Source: Epithemia pelagica (taxonomy: Eukaryota; Protista; Bacillariophyta). From it: a DNA stretch of 64,000 nt. The notes beneath the pieces were generated by a model. That model searched no databases. It was not told the DNA's origin and worked only from the letters and a program-made list of their open reading frames with translations. The DNA is taken from contig OX337230.1 of assembly GCA_946965045.2 (NCBI GenBank), forward strand, positions 1,054,001 to 1,118,000. Reading direction: 5' to 3'. Below are positions 1 through 9,969 of the stretch, piece after piece. How positions within the stretch are numbered: the stretch's first letter is position 1; every line of letters begins with the position of its first letter. Both the position numbers and the translations under genes were made by a program.

Positions 1-710
1 TACAAGCTTCTCAGGGTCAGAGAAGCAAGCAAGTCGAAGTCTATCAGAAGGATAGTCGGGACACAAAAGAGGATGTGATAAATGGTGATATTGTTAGATT
101 GTGTGTTGATTACTACGATAGGTCTACGTGAAATGTTCGGTCCTGCCAAGGGTCATGTATCATAGGTTCTTGGCGGCAACAGGTTTGGAATAGTTGGAGT
201 TGATTCATGTGATGTATATGACATGTATATGTGGGCGGATAACATATACAGGGTCAACAGCTCTTGCTTTGGGTTGGCATAGTTGTTTTCATGGCGCGCA
301 GCTTGTTGACAATTTGGAGATTGTGGGAATGGAAATATGGTCTCGCGTGATCGTGTATCGTGCTTGGGATACTTAGACCGTTGGATCGGATAGATGCCGA
401 TAGCGCTCGGATGTCGCTTGGGCGCGCTCGATGATTTCGGGCGCGTACGCTTAGGGCGTTAGTACAGTGTCCGAGCAACGGCCAAATTTACGTCCGTTGT
501 AATACCGCACGACCCAATTTAGTCTTGAGAGTGAGTTCGTCAATCTATTCTCACTTTTCATGATTTGCGAAGAAATATAGGTCGATATAGCGCGAAGCTA
601 GGAAACATAGCTCGAAGCTAGAGGGCATGATGCGATAGCACGAGGCTATGTGACATGGGGAATCGATGAGATGTAGAATCTAACCACCATAGACGGTGAG
701 AATTCTAACA
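1..710 (-). repeat. 3' LTR (partial, truncated by window start)
   Basis: Matches 7602-8311 with no mismatch noticed by eye. It begins TGTTAGAATTCT on the minus strand at 710. Confidence 0.95.
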
Positions 711-3700
711 CTCCCCACAACTCGTCGTTTCAGCCTTGTCATCATTGGATTTGTTGAGGTCTTGAACTTCTCCTTTCCAAAACAACAATGGCTTGAGCAT
801 GGGCCAGATAGATACGAAATCCCAATGTTTGCTAAGGATATCGGCGGGGTTGGTCTTTCCATCTTTCCAGTAGAATGCAACATACTTTGCTGCGATGGCT
901 TCACGAACTCGGTGGTATGACAGAAGATGGTGTCTCTTGGATAGTATGGAATGAGGAACGGTTGCATTGAGCACAACAGATCTGTTATCTCCGTACATGT
1001 AACTTCGCTCTCGGATAGGTACTCCAAGGTAGCGGAGAGAATGTCGTAATTCTGTAATCTGATCTATTGCTGTCCTTGCAGCCACGAACTCGGATCCATA
1101 GGTAGCAGTTTCCACTGTGCTCTGTCTCTTGCTGTACCAGTCAATAGGTGTTCCGTTCAACAAATGTAGAACAGCAGTGACGGATTTACCAGTGACTATG
1201 TCATGCATGAGATTGGCATCAACATAATGAGTTGTAGTAACATAGCGGCCAAGAGGTGTTGGGCAGTCTTCAGGAATACGTTCACTTGCATTCGAATAGA
1301 CAGTGCAAGTCCAATCAAATTCTTGGGTAGGAAGACTTGAATAATCAGGCTCTCCAATCCTAAATCTGATTGCGCCTTCTGGGAGATGTGCAAGGTATCC
1401 ATAGATACGCTTGGCTCTATCAAGATGTCCTTTCCTCGGAGCAGCACGAAAGCGTGATAGCGTCATTGTAGCGGTGAAGACGTCGAAACGACCAATAGTG
1501 ATCACCCATTGAAGTTGTCCAATCAGAGTTTGGAAATGGTTAGTACCTTCTTCATCAAGGAGCTCAGAATCGTCCAATTCAGGATGGTCTCCACCAATAA
1601 GAGGTGTTTTGGCTTTCTTGGGTTTCTCCTTGAAGATTCGTTCGAAAGTGTCCATCATCTTACCAATGTAGCGTCTTGGATCTGCTACTAATGTTCCATC
1701 AGAATCCTTGGTGTAACAACATCCCAAGTGGAAATCAATAGGTCCATCTCCTTTGAGTTTGAAGTTGTATTTCTCCTTCAGGATCTTGCAGATATTCCCA
1801 GGATCAGTAGAAATAATGGCTAAGTCATCAACGTATACGGCAATGTATTCGTAACAGTCTTCTCCAGGTGCCTTCCTCATCCAGATATCCGGATCTGCTT
1901 TGCTTGGTGAAAATCCCATGTCTGTCAAAACATCGAATAAGACATCATGCCAGCGTGCGCCTGATGACTTCAATCCATAAAGTGCCTTGTATATAATCAG
2001 GATGTGACCTTCTAATTCCTTGAATTCAGGTCCTGCGACAATGAAAAGTTTCTCCCCTGTCAAGGCTTCCAGATATGCGTTTCCAATATCTGCTCCCCAT
2101 ATTTCCAAGTCATTCAAAGTACCCAGGAATAAGGCAATGCGGAGGTTGCGAATGGAAACAACACCTGAATAGATTGTCTCAACAGGTTCTTTTGTGAGAT
2201 GTCCATCTGCGACAAGTCTTGCTTTATGTCGTCCATCATGTTTTACGTCAAAGACAAGATGTACACGTATCTTATGATATCCTTCAGGTGCATTGGATAC
2301 TTTCCCTTTAATGAAGATGGCTTTCCCAAAATCCTTGAATGTCTTGTAGGACTGGATCTGTGACAATTCTAATTCTGTTGCATCTTGCCACTTTGTGTTG
2401 CCATGTTGTTTATCAAGAGTGACAGCTTCCTCATAATTGCGTGGTACTTGGAATCCAAACTTATACTTGACGGAATGGTGAACTTGTTTAATCCTTGACT
2501 GTTTGGCTGCTCGAATGAGACGTTTGCTTGTTTTGACATAACGTTTCAAATGCTTCCAGCCAGGTTCGTTGAGTAAATCATGTTTCTTTCCATAAATTGC
2601 TACAGTGATCGGATCATCATTGGCGATGAGTGATAAAGGTTCATAGGTAGTCTCCCCAGTTTCCCAATCAACAAGCAAATTATATTTGCTCCCCTTGTAA
2701 TCTGGATCAGTTGTGTTCAGTGGGCCTTGATGGGCAATGACGTCCCTGAACCTGAAAAGATTATCTCCAGAGGTTTGAGCTTGGTTATCTCGTTCGATAT
2801 ACTCCATGAGTTGATTATAGGATATCATCTCATCAACATCAGAATTTGTCTTTCGGTAGATATACTTGACACGTTCTTCCTGTTTCGTTGCTTCTTCATT
2901 AAGATCAATGACTCGTTTGATGACACGTGCACGGTGTCGCTCCCCATTTTCTTCTGTGTCGCATAGGAATGTGCGTCCTATCATGTCGTCAAAATCGATC
3001 GTGGGCATTGGTTTGGATGGATCTTCACTATCACTGCGAATGAAGACAGTGTCAGCTTGCTTATCATTGTCATCCTTGTCAGACAAATCCTCCCCTGAAG
3101 GTCGATCCACACGTAGGTTAGGTGTAGTGGATTCAACACGGCGAACGGCAGAACGGTAGATGATCTGGTTATCCTGGGTGAGAATCTTCCAAGTAAAAGA
3201 ATCACCAACGTTGTGAGCAAAACCAACCCAGTGGCCAAGTTTCTCATCAGAAGAAGATGGATATGAACCGGAATTGGGTTCAGCGGGGTCGACACGATAG
3301 TAAACCTCATCCCAGAAAGGAAAGAACAAGAGATGAGTAATGTCGGGTGGGCGTCCGGAGAGAGCCTCAAGAGGAGTGCGACCGGAGTGGGTGGGTGATG
3401 ACGTATGGTTCAATAAGTCACAGACATACTCAAGGCAAAGAAGCCAGGTGTTGGCAGGGCAACCAGTGGCATTCATGAGAGCGTTGGTCATACGTTTAAC
3501 GGTCTGGTAACGGTTTTCAGCCTTATTCTGGTGTTGATGATAAGGTTCGGATCGATACTCCCCAATAAGCAAAGTGCGAAGAATGTCTTTAACCTTTTGA
3601 GAGATGAGAGATGAACCACCATCACTGATAAGAGTCTCCATGGCACCACGAAACCGGATGTTGTCCTGAAGAGTATTGACAAACTGTTTGGTTGACTTGA

Positions 3701-6392
3701 TCCCATAGATATCAGTAACCAGAGTATTTCGACCAACAAAGATTTGTGCGACTTTACCGCCATGGTCAACAGCAGGGGTGTCGGAGAAAACCGAGTCAGT
3801 AGCAACGGGTTCATGGCGTCGAGGTATATTAAGGACCGGATTGCGAGCCTTGAAATGTTTCTTGAGGGTGTCGTGGTCAAAAGTAATGCTACCATTACGT
3901 GTAGTGTGCTTGAACGTATCGGCAATAACATCTTCAGATTGCCAACCAAAGAATGGACGGAACTTCTTCCAGTCATACGCTTCCTGGTAACGACGGTGGA
4001 CAGAGGCATGAAGTGTAGGATCATTACCTTCTGCGTCAGCATAGATAGAAAAGAAGGGTGCGTCGTCAGGTCCATGATCGTATGGGAGATCCAAAAGGAG
4101 ATTGAGGTTACAAACAACACGATCAGTGTACTCCCCATAGTTGTCATATGGATGGTTCGACATACTACCATCAGTCTTGACGTGTTTCCAATCAGGATCA
4201 TTGTCAGAGGGTGTGGGAGAATACGAATGGTCCAGAACACCAGGATCCCATGTGTCGGGTGACGTGAAGATGATCTGAGGTAAGGTATCCATGTCATCGT
4301 CGCTGGGGATACCCAAGGAGTGGATGTAGGCTAACCCATCCTTGATGTGAAGGGGTATGGCACGACCATCAAGTGTAGTGATGCGTTGTTTACCATCAAC
4401 TTTAACAGATCGTTCATCAACAGCAAGTCCGAAATGCTCGAATTGACCAGGAGCATGGATAGATAAGCCCTTCCCATAATAAGCATATTCATTGAAGATG
4501 CCGACAATAGGTCCATCATTGGTCTCAAACTTTGCGGCACATGTGACGACAGGAAGTCCAGTAAGTTCATGGTTATCAATACCCACAATAGTGATATGGC
4601 GGCCAGTCTTAGAAAGGATGCGCATGTCAGAACCAGCAAGTCCTCCATTAGCACCACGGTCAATCAATTGATTCCCTGGTAAAGTAGATTTCCTGGAAAA
4701 CAGATAGCGTGGAACATGTCCTGCTTGTTTATGCATGTTGGCTTTGAAAGTAACCTTCTTGCTCGTCTTGGACTTGGCGTTAGAAAGAACACTAGTCAGG
4801 TCAGTTGCCGGGTGATTGATATCAGTCGTCATGGCTTGGTTGATAAATTGTGTAACCGGATCTGAATCATCTGAATGCTCAGTGACTACGCCAGGTGAGT
4901 CGTCATCAGATACAACTTGGTTGGGATCAGGATCAGGTTCCGGATCAATGTCGAGGGCATGTGTTTGCACTGTCCTCGGTGTTGTTGATGAAGGTGCTTG
5001 AATCATCTTGTTATATTCAATGATCAACTTGCGATCTTCTTCAGAAAGTTTGAACCATAGGTCACGCGGTAGACTAACCTTGGACGAAGAGGATGGAGAT
5101 TCAGATGTCGCTTTGGTGTTGTGGACATGATACTCCATATCATCTTGTGAGGTTATGTCAGCATCTGTATCTTGGCCATATAGTGATTCATGTTGTTTGA
5201 CATGTCGACGGCGACTATGAACAGATGACTGGGTTGCTTGATCATGGTCATAAGCTGCGTCTAGAAGGAGACGGAAGTATGATTGATAGCAAAGGGATTT
5301 TGCACCGGATTTGGTGTTCACCACATTATCCAAGATCTTGACTCGGCGGAGATCAGGTACCTTTTCTACAGCTTGCATGAGGAAGGTCATCCTGGTATGA
5401 TCAGGGATGCGATCAGACAATGTCACTAAATTGTCTAGCAAACGTAGCTGCTCTTGAAAGTGTAGAAGAAATTGACGTGTTGTTCCGCGCCATGTGTCGT
5501 CAAGACGTAGATTGGAAATGTAGTTGGTTAAGCGGAGGACTTCTCGCTTTGCTAGGTCGGATTCGGTATGCAAAGAGTGTAACTTCTGCAATACGGCACG
5601 CGCATCTTCATCATGTTCATGTTCACGTACATAGGCTCGACCTTGGTCAGTCTGAATGATACGGACAAGAACGGAGTAAAGAAATACTTGTTGCTCTTGA
5701 AAAAGTTCTTCGGCATACTCATCATCATGGGGTGGTGTGTATTTGAAATTCAGAACGTTGGATAGGCCTTGAGCCTTAGCTGTAGTCTTGAATACACGCC
5801 AGAATGAATCGTAGTATCGTTCATCCTTGAATACCTCATATGCAGTTGCGTCGCGCTTAGTTCCCTTTCTGAATGCTGTAAGGTCTTGTTGAGATTGGGA
5901 TGCGGCAGTAACTGTGCTGACAGATTTCACAGATGACGGTGACTTCATTGGCGAGACTGGGACTTGGCTAGGTGGTCCCTTAGAGAAATCTGTGTTGATC
6001 CTCCAAGTGTTGAACTCTTTCCTCGTTAGGTTCATCCAGTCGCTATTGGATAGCTCGTCTTGAATTTCATTGGTCTTGTATGTGGCCCAATAAGCCAAGA
6101 GCTTGATCTGCTGTCTTGTGGGGCCTTGTAGATCATGTGTCTGTTTGTTGACCTTGTATTGTGTCAGTTCCTTCATGGATTCCTCGGTATTAGTTTGCAT
6201 ATACGAGATAACATGGGTAATGTTCTCAAAACCATGGTATTTCATCCACTTCATTAAGTAGTCAGCCCTTTCTTTGGTAAAAAATTGGCAGACAGTAAAT
6301 ATGATGTGGTCGAATAGGTCTGTGTCCGAGACATTGTCTTGGTTATCTTCTCCCTTAGGAGTCGTAGGTGTCTTGGGTGATTGAGGATCCAT
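705..6392 (-). CDS. gag-pol: Copia gag-pol polyprotein (gag, aspartic protease, integrase with chromo-like tail, RT, RNase H)
   Basis: Protease LIDRGANGG (~4650); integrase ATDSVF..LISDGG..SEPYHQHQNKAE; RT YKALYGLKSSGARW and AVYVDDLAII (~1830); RNase H YVDAN..SEFVA..YGDN..NPADILSK. The frame is uninterrupted. Confidence 0.96.
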   Translation of the reverse strand: MDPQSPKTPTTPKGEDNQDNVSDTDLFDHIIFTVCQFFTKERADYLMKWMKYHGFENITHVISYMQTNTEESMKELTQYKVNKQTHDLQGPTRQQIKLLAYWATYKTNEIQDELSNSDWMNLTRKEFNTWRINTDFSKGPPSQVPVSPMKSPSSVKSVSTVTAASQSQQDLTAFRKGTKRDATAYEVFKDERYYDSFWRVFKTTAKAQGLSNVLNFKYTPPHDDEYAEELFQEQQVFLYSVLVRIIQTDQGRAYVREHEHDEDARAVLQKLHSLHTESDLAKREVLRLTNYISNLRLDDTWRGTTRQFLLHFQEQLRLLDNLVTLSDRIPDHTRMTFLMQAVEKVPDLRRVKILDNVVNTKSGAKSLCYQSYFRLLLDAAYDHDQATQSSVHSRRRHVKQHESLYGQDTDADITSQDDMEYHVHNTKATSESPSSSSKVSLPRDLWFKLSEEDRKLIIEYNKMIQAPSSTTPRTVQTHALDIDPEPDPDPNQVVSDDDSPGVVTEHSDDSDPVTQFINQAMTTDINHPATDLTSVLSNAKSKTSKKVTFKANMHKQAGHVPRYLFSRKSTLPGNQLIDRGANGGLAGSDMRILSKTGRHITIVGIDNHELTGLPVVTCAAKFETNDGPIVGIFNEYAYYGKGLSIHAPGQFEHFGLAVDERSVKVDGKQRITTLDGRAIPLHIKDGLAYIHSLGIPSDDDMDTLPQIIFTSPDTWDPGVLDHSYSPTPSDNDPDWKHVKTDGSMSNHPYDNYGEYTDRVVCNLNLLLDLPYDHGPDDAPFFSIYADAEGNDPTLHASVHRRYQEAYDWKKFRPFFGWQSEDVIADTFKHTTRNGSITFDHDTLKKHFKARNPVLNIPRRHEPVATDSVFSDTPAVDHGGKVAQIFVGRNTLVTDIYGIKSTKQFVNTLQDNIRFRGAMETLISDGGSSLISQKVKDILRTLLIGEYRSEPYHQHQNKAENRYQTVKRMTNALMNATGCPANTWLLCLEYVCDLLNHTSSPTHSGRTPLEALSGRPPDITHLLFFPFWDEVYYRVDPAEPNSGSYPSSSDEKLGHWVGFAHNVGDSFTWKILTQDNQIIYRSAVRRVESTTPNLRVDRPSGEDLSDKDDNDKQADTVFIRSDSEDPSKPMPTIDFDDMIGRTFLCDTEENGERHRARVIKRVIDLNEEATKQEERVKYIYRKTNSDVDEMISYNQLMEYIERDNQAQTSGDNLFRFRDVIAHQGPLNTTDPDYKGSKYNLLVDWETGETTYEPLSLIANDDPITVAIYGKKHDLLNEPGWKHLKRYVKTSKRLIRAAKQSRIKQVHHSVKYKFGFQVPRNYEEAVTLDKQHGNTKWQDATELELSQIQSYKTFKDFGKAIFIKGKVSNAPEGYHKIRVHLVFDVKHDGRHKARLVADGHLTKEPVETIYSGVVSIRNLRIALFLGTLNDLEIWGADIGNAYLEALTGEKLFIVAGPEFKELEGHILIIYKALYGLKSSGARWHDVLFDVLTDMGFSPSKADPDIWMRKAPGEDCYEYIAVYVDDLAIISTDPGNICKILKEKYNFKLKGDGPIDFHLGCCYTKDSDGTLVADPRRYIGKMMDTFERIFKEKPKKAKTPLIGGDHPELDDSELLDEEGTNHFQTLIGQLQWVITIGRFDVFTATMTLSRFRAAPRKGHLDRAKRIYGYLAHLPEGAIRFRIGEPDYSSLPTQEFDWTCTVYSNASERIPEDCPTPLGRYVTTTHYVDANLMHDIVTGKSVTAVLHLLNGTPIDWYSKRQSTVETATYGSEFVAARTAIDQITELRHSLRYLGVPIRERSYMYGDNRSVVLNATVPHSILSKRHHLLSYHRVREAIAAKYVAFYWKDGKTNPADILSKHWDFVSIWPMLKPLLFWKGEVQDLNKSNDDKAETTSCGEC
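711..716 (-). other. Short polypurine tract (GGGGAG) abutting the 3' LTR
   Basis: The minus strand reads TTGTGGGGAG|TGTTAG at the LTR start. Confidence 0.7.
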
Positions 6393-6712
6393 GGTGTTAT
6401 TTGGTTGGTTCGATGTTTATTTAATGTGCGGTGTGATGTGGTTTATTTAATGTGTGATGTGATGTGAACCCGGATGTACCACGTGTGCCACGTATGTACC
6501 ACGTATGTAATACCCGGATGTGTGTTGTGATGTGCGACTCCTGGAAATTTCCGTTGATTTCGACAAATTTTCGCCGAGTTTCAACAAATTTTCGCCGAAT
6601 TTTCGCGATTCGACGGGAATGTGTGGCGTGTTGTGCGACCAAGGGTACCCGGATGTGCGTTGAGTTTAAGTCTTGGAAAGGTTTTGAGAGGACGGGAGTT
6701 AACTATGAGTAA

Positions 6713-7492
6713 TTAAGCTTCGGTCTCTGAATCCTCACCCTCTTCCGAATGATCAGAGTCGCTTCCAGGCTCAGATGGGGCAGCACAAGCAACAGAAGAA
6801 GGGGTATCACCTTCAGCCAGGTGGTTCTCGACCTCGGTACGCAAAGGGTAGATAGTTGCACGATGGTCCTCGATGGTATGGACCTCGTGGATGTAGGCAA
6901 CGTAGTTATCTAGGCGTACAACGTTAGGAGGCAGAGGGCAAGTCGTCGCGTTCACGACGTAGATGGTATTGTAGTATCCAGTTGGGCGCTCGAAGGTTAG
7001 GAAGCGGAGGTGGACAGTACGGATGGGGTTGCCCGAGAGGGCGGCAAAGATGAGGCGACGCCTCGGAGAGCGGTGAAGTTGGTCGTTCAGACGGTCAATG
7101 TCTTCTTGGTCGACGATGTGGGTCACCGATTGGAACTGGCGTTCGATCTGGGTCTCCCCACGGATGATCTCGGGATCGAAGGTCGAACAAGTTGGTTGGC
7201 GGAAGTACTTGATATGATCAGCAATCAACCGGGTGGTACGACGGGATCGAGAAGGGACGAGCCGACGAGGCGGACTCGGGGGCCGAAGCAACGGCGCAGG
7301 GATCGGAGCGTGAGGCTGGGTTGGAGTCTCGAATGGGTTGCTGTTGGAACTGTCGACGGAGATGTTGACCGATGTGTTGGCTGCCTTCGGCGTCGGCACC
7401 AGTTCCTGCTGCACCAGGGTATCGGGCTGCCCGGGATGCAGGTTGGCTCGATAGATCTGTCGTACAGGAGTGATAATCTCGTTAGTATCCAT
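6713..7492 (-). CDS. Additional 259-aa ORF inside the retrotransposon, upstream of and co-oriented with gag-pol; function unknown
   Basis: ATG-initiated, 36 nt after the 5' LTR and intact. It has a Pro-rich N-terminus, a globular-looking middle and an acidic C-terminus. Confidence 0.75.
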   Translation of the reverse strand: MDTNEIITPVRQIYRANLHPGQPDTLVQQELVPTPKAANTSVNISVDSSNSNPFETPTQPHAPIPAPLLRPPSPPRRLVPSRSRRTTRLIADHIKYFRQPTCSTFDPEIIRGETQIERQFQSVTHIVDQEDIDRLNDQLHRSPRRRLIFAALSGNPIRTVHLRFLTFERPTGYYNTIYVVNATTCPLPPNVVRLDNYVAYIHEVHTIEDHRATIYPLRTEVENHLAEGDTPSSVACAAPSEPGSDSDHSEEGEDSETEA

Positions 7493-7514
7493 GAAACCAC
7501 AAGGAAATAAGCTT

Positions 7515-7528
7515 TGAGACTGTTAATC
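7515..7528 (-). other. Candidate primer-binding site complementary to a tRNA-Asn(GUU) anticodon-arm fragment
   Basis: The minus strand reads ..GTAACA|GATTAACAGTCTCA directly after the LTR. The complement TGAGA-CTGTTAA-TC has the form of an Asn anticodon stem-loop. There is no canonical TGG PBS here. Confidence 0.55.
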
Positions 7529-8311
7529 TGTTACAATTCTTTCTGAATCGTAGGGACATTGATGCTCGGTAGAGCAGACAATCAGGTAGGTCACCAACCG
7601 ATACAAGCTTCTCAGGGTCAGAGAAGCAAGCAAGTCGAAGTCTATCAGAAGGATAGTCGGGACACAAAAGAGGATGTGATAAATGGTGATATTGTTAGAT
7701 TGTGTGTTGATTACTACGATAGGTCTACGTGAAATGTTCGGTCCTGCCAAGGGTCATGTATCATAGGTTCTTGGCGGCAACAGGTTTGGAATAGTTGGAG
7801 TTGATTCATGTGATGTATATGACATGTATATGTGGGCGGATAACATATACAGGGTCAACAGCTCTTGCTTTGGGTTGGCATAGTTGTTTTCATGGCGCGC
7901 AGCTTGTTGACAATTTGGAGATTGTGGGAATGGAAATATGGTCTCGCGTGATCGTGTATCGTGCTTGGGATACTTAGACCGTTGGATCGGATAGATGCCG
8001 ATAGCGCTCGGATGTCGCTTGGGCGCGCTCGATGATTTCGGGCGCGTACGCTTAGGGCGTTAGTACAGTGTCCGAGCAACGGCCAAATTTACGTCCGTTG
8101 TAATACCGCACGACCCAATTTAGTCTTGAGAGTGAGTTCGTCAATCTATTCTCACTTTTCATGATTTGCGAAGAAATATAGGTCGATATAGCGCGAAGCT
8201 AGGAAACATAGCTCGAAGCTAGAGGGCATGATGCGATAGCACGAGGCTATGTGACATGGGGAATCGATGAGATGTAGAATCTAACCACCATAGACGGTGA
8301 GAATTCTAACA
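7529..8311 (-). repeat. 5' LTR, 783 bp
   Basis: The termini form an 11/12 inverted repeat (TGTTAGAATTCT...AGAATTGTAACA on the minus strand) with TG...CA ends. Confidence 0.93.
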
Positions 8312-8818
8312 CAACGAGAACGACCTCCTCCCCAACTGATTCAACCCAGTCACTATCCCAACATTGTGTCTCCCGAAGCGCGCAGTCAGTATCGACCCAT
8401 TTACTCCCACAGTAGTAGTACGACTACGAGTCCTCCGGGGAACAGCAGTAGTAGCCGACGCACCATTGTACGCCGCCGTCCACCCCCACAACCGCCCATC
8501 CAAAGTCCCCAAAGTCGGGAGGAACACGACTATACTACTCCTCCCAGCAGTCGCCGGCCTCCTCCTTCGCACTCGAGTTATGCTTCGCCATCTCGAACCA
8601 GCCGGGAGCCATCCCGCTGGACCGAAGAGCGACAAGGAACGCACCAGGGGTATTATCCGCAGTATCATCCGGGACAGGCGTCAGATCGTCCCAATCCATT
8701 TCGACGCCGGGGAAGCACCGAAAGTGGAATCCATCGAACCCAATTCTTTGAGGGTCATTTCGAGCCCGTGGACGACACGTCACTGGAATTGTTTGAGTCC
8801 GACATTCATTACGTCTAA
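8312..8818 (+). pseudogene. Possible 3' remnant of a Pro/Ser-rich host ORF interrupted by the copia insertion
   Basis: 168 stop-free codons start at the LTR junction with no own ATG start; the track ORF begins on a GTG inside the LTR. The composition resembles neighbouring low-complexity proteins. Confidence 0.4.
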
Positions 8819-9700
8819 GAAACGGGGGCGCTATTATTGGTGTTTTTATTATTTGTGTGTCTGTTCCTGTGTACCCCGTGCTGTGGTACGCTGGGAATCC
8901 ATTCCAGTCGACGGATTCCGGGGAATATTATTTCTGGACGAGACTCGCTTTGCAACAGTTGCGATGCTCTGTTTCCTTCGCTTTATTTTAGTTTGGACGG
9001 TGCACGGCATTGGCTCGGCACCCATCACTGTCTACCATGTGTGGTATGTCATCCTTCCTTTGTGGTTGTACAGCTGTCATACCTGTGTAATAATGGTACC
9101 AGTGGGTCCAGGGGATATAATAGGCCATACTGTCTCTATAGAATCTTAATACTTTTTCATCCTCATGCGTCAAGTGCTTAGTGTTTAAATGATTGGGATG
9201 AAGAGTACGTATGTCTCTATGAACGAACAGCCCTTTGTCCCACTGTACAAACTGGCATCCTTTCGTCACCTCCGAGTTGGAGCTCACCGCCAACGACAAG
9301 TTTTCAGTCATTTTTTTGTGATGAACTCAACGATCGGGACCAAGAAGGCTTCTGCAGTAGTTCTCTTCCGCTTCCGTGTCTCCATCCATCCGAGTCCAGT
9401 CCCAAAAAGGAATCGAAATTACTTTCCAGCCCATATTTTCCAATAGCCGTCGCTTCAATGCCGTTGGTCCATTGGTACATTGAATTTTCCCATCCCATGG
9501 TCGTTTCTTCTTCTGTATCCTCCTCTTTTTTCTTCTTCTCGAAGCTCAACCTGCTTGTGATCGCCCCACGGCTATTGATTGATTGTTGTATTTTGTTCAG
9601 CGAGTTGTTGATGGTTTTGATCGCATTCTCTTCTTATCGCCACCCAGCGATGACAGGATAGCATCGATTCCCTTGCGTGTAATGAGAGAATTCTTTCATT

Positions 9701-9969
9701 CGTGTGTGGATGTTTGTGGATGTTTGTGGATGCACGCGTGCAATGTGGATGTTTGTGGATCCACATGCGTCCACAAACATCCACAGTGGATGAATGTGGA
9801 TCCACAAACGTCCACGTGGACGTTTGTGGACGCTTGTGGGGCTTTGTGGATCCGCAAACGTCCACAAACATCCACGTGGACGTTTGTGGATCCACAAAGC
9901 CCCACAAGCGTCCACAAACATCCACAGTGGGTCCACAAACATCCACAGTGGATCCACAAAGCCCCACAC
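9701..9969. repeat. Nested palindromic array of GTGGAYGTTT / AAACRTCCAC units
   Basis: Perfect 30-bp palindrome at 9801-9830. A 40-bp-arm inverted repeat at 9826-9865/9876-9915 has 1 mismatch and a 10-nt loop. Confidence 0.9.

Larger units (their letters stand above)
1..8311 (-). mobile_element. Ty1/copia LTR retrotransposon, CoDi-like (diatom copia), full-length except for the last ~73 bp of the 3' LTR, which lie outside the window
   Basis: Direct repeats 1-710 and 7602-8311 (offset 7601). The 1895-aa ORF has gag-PR-IN-RT-RH (copia) domain order. A purine tract and a candidate PBS lie next to the LTRs. Confidence 0.96.

Noticed and set aside
194-478. Short ORFs in the LTRs (also 7795-8079)
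   Set aside because: They are duplicated only because the LTR is duplicated and show no protein features.
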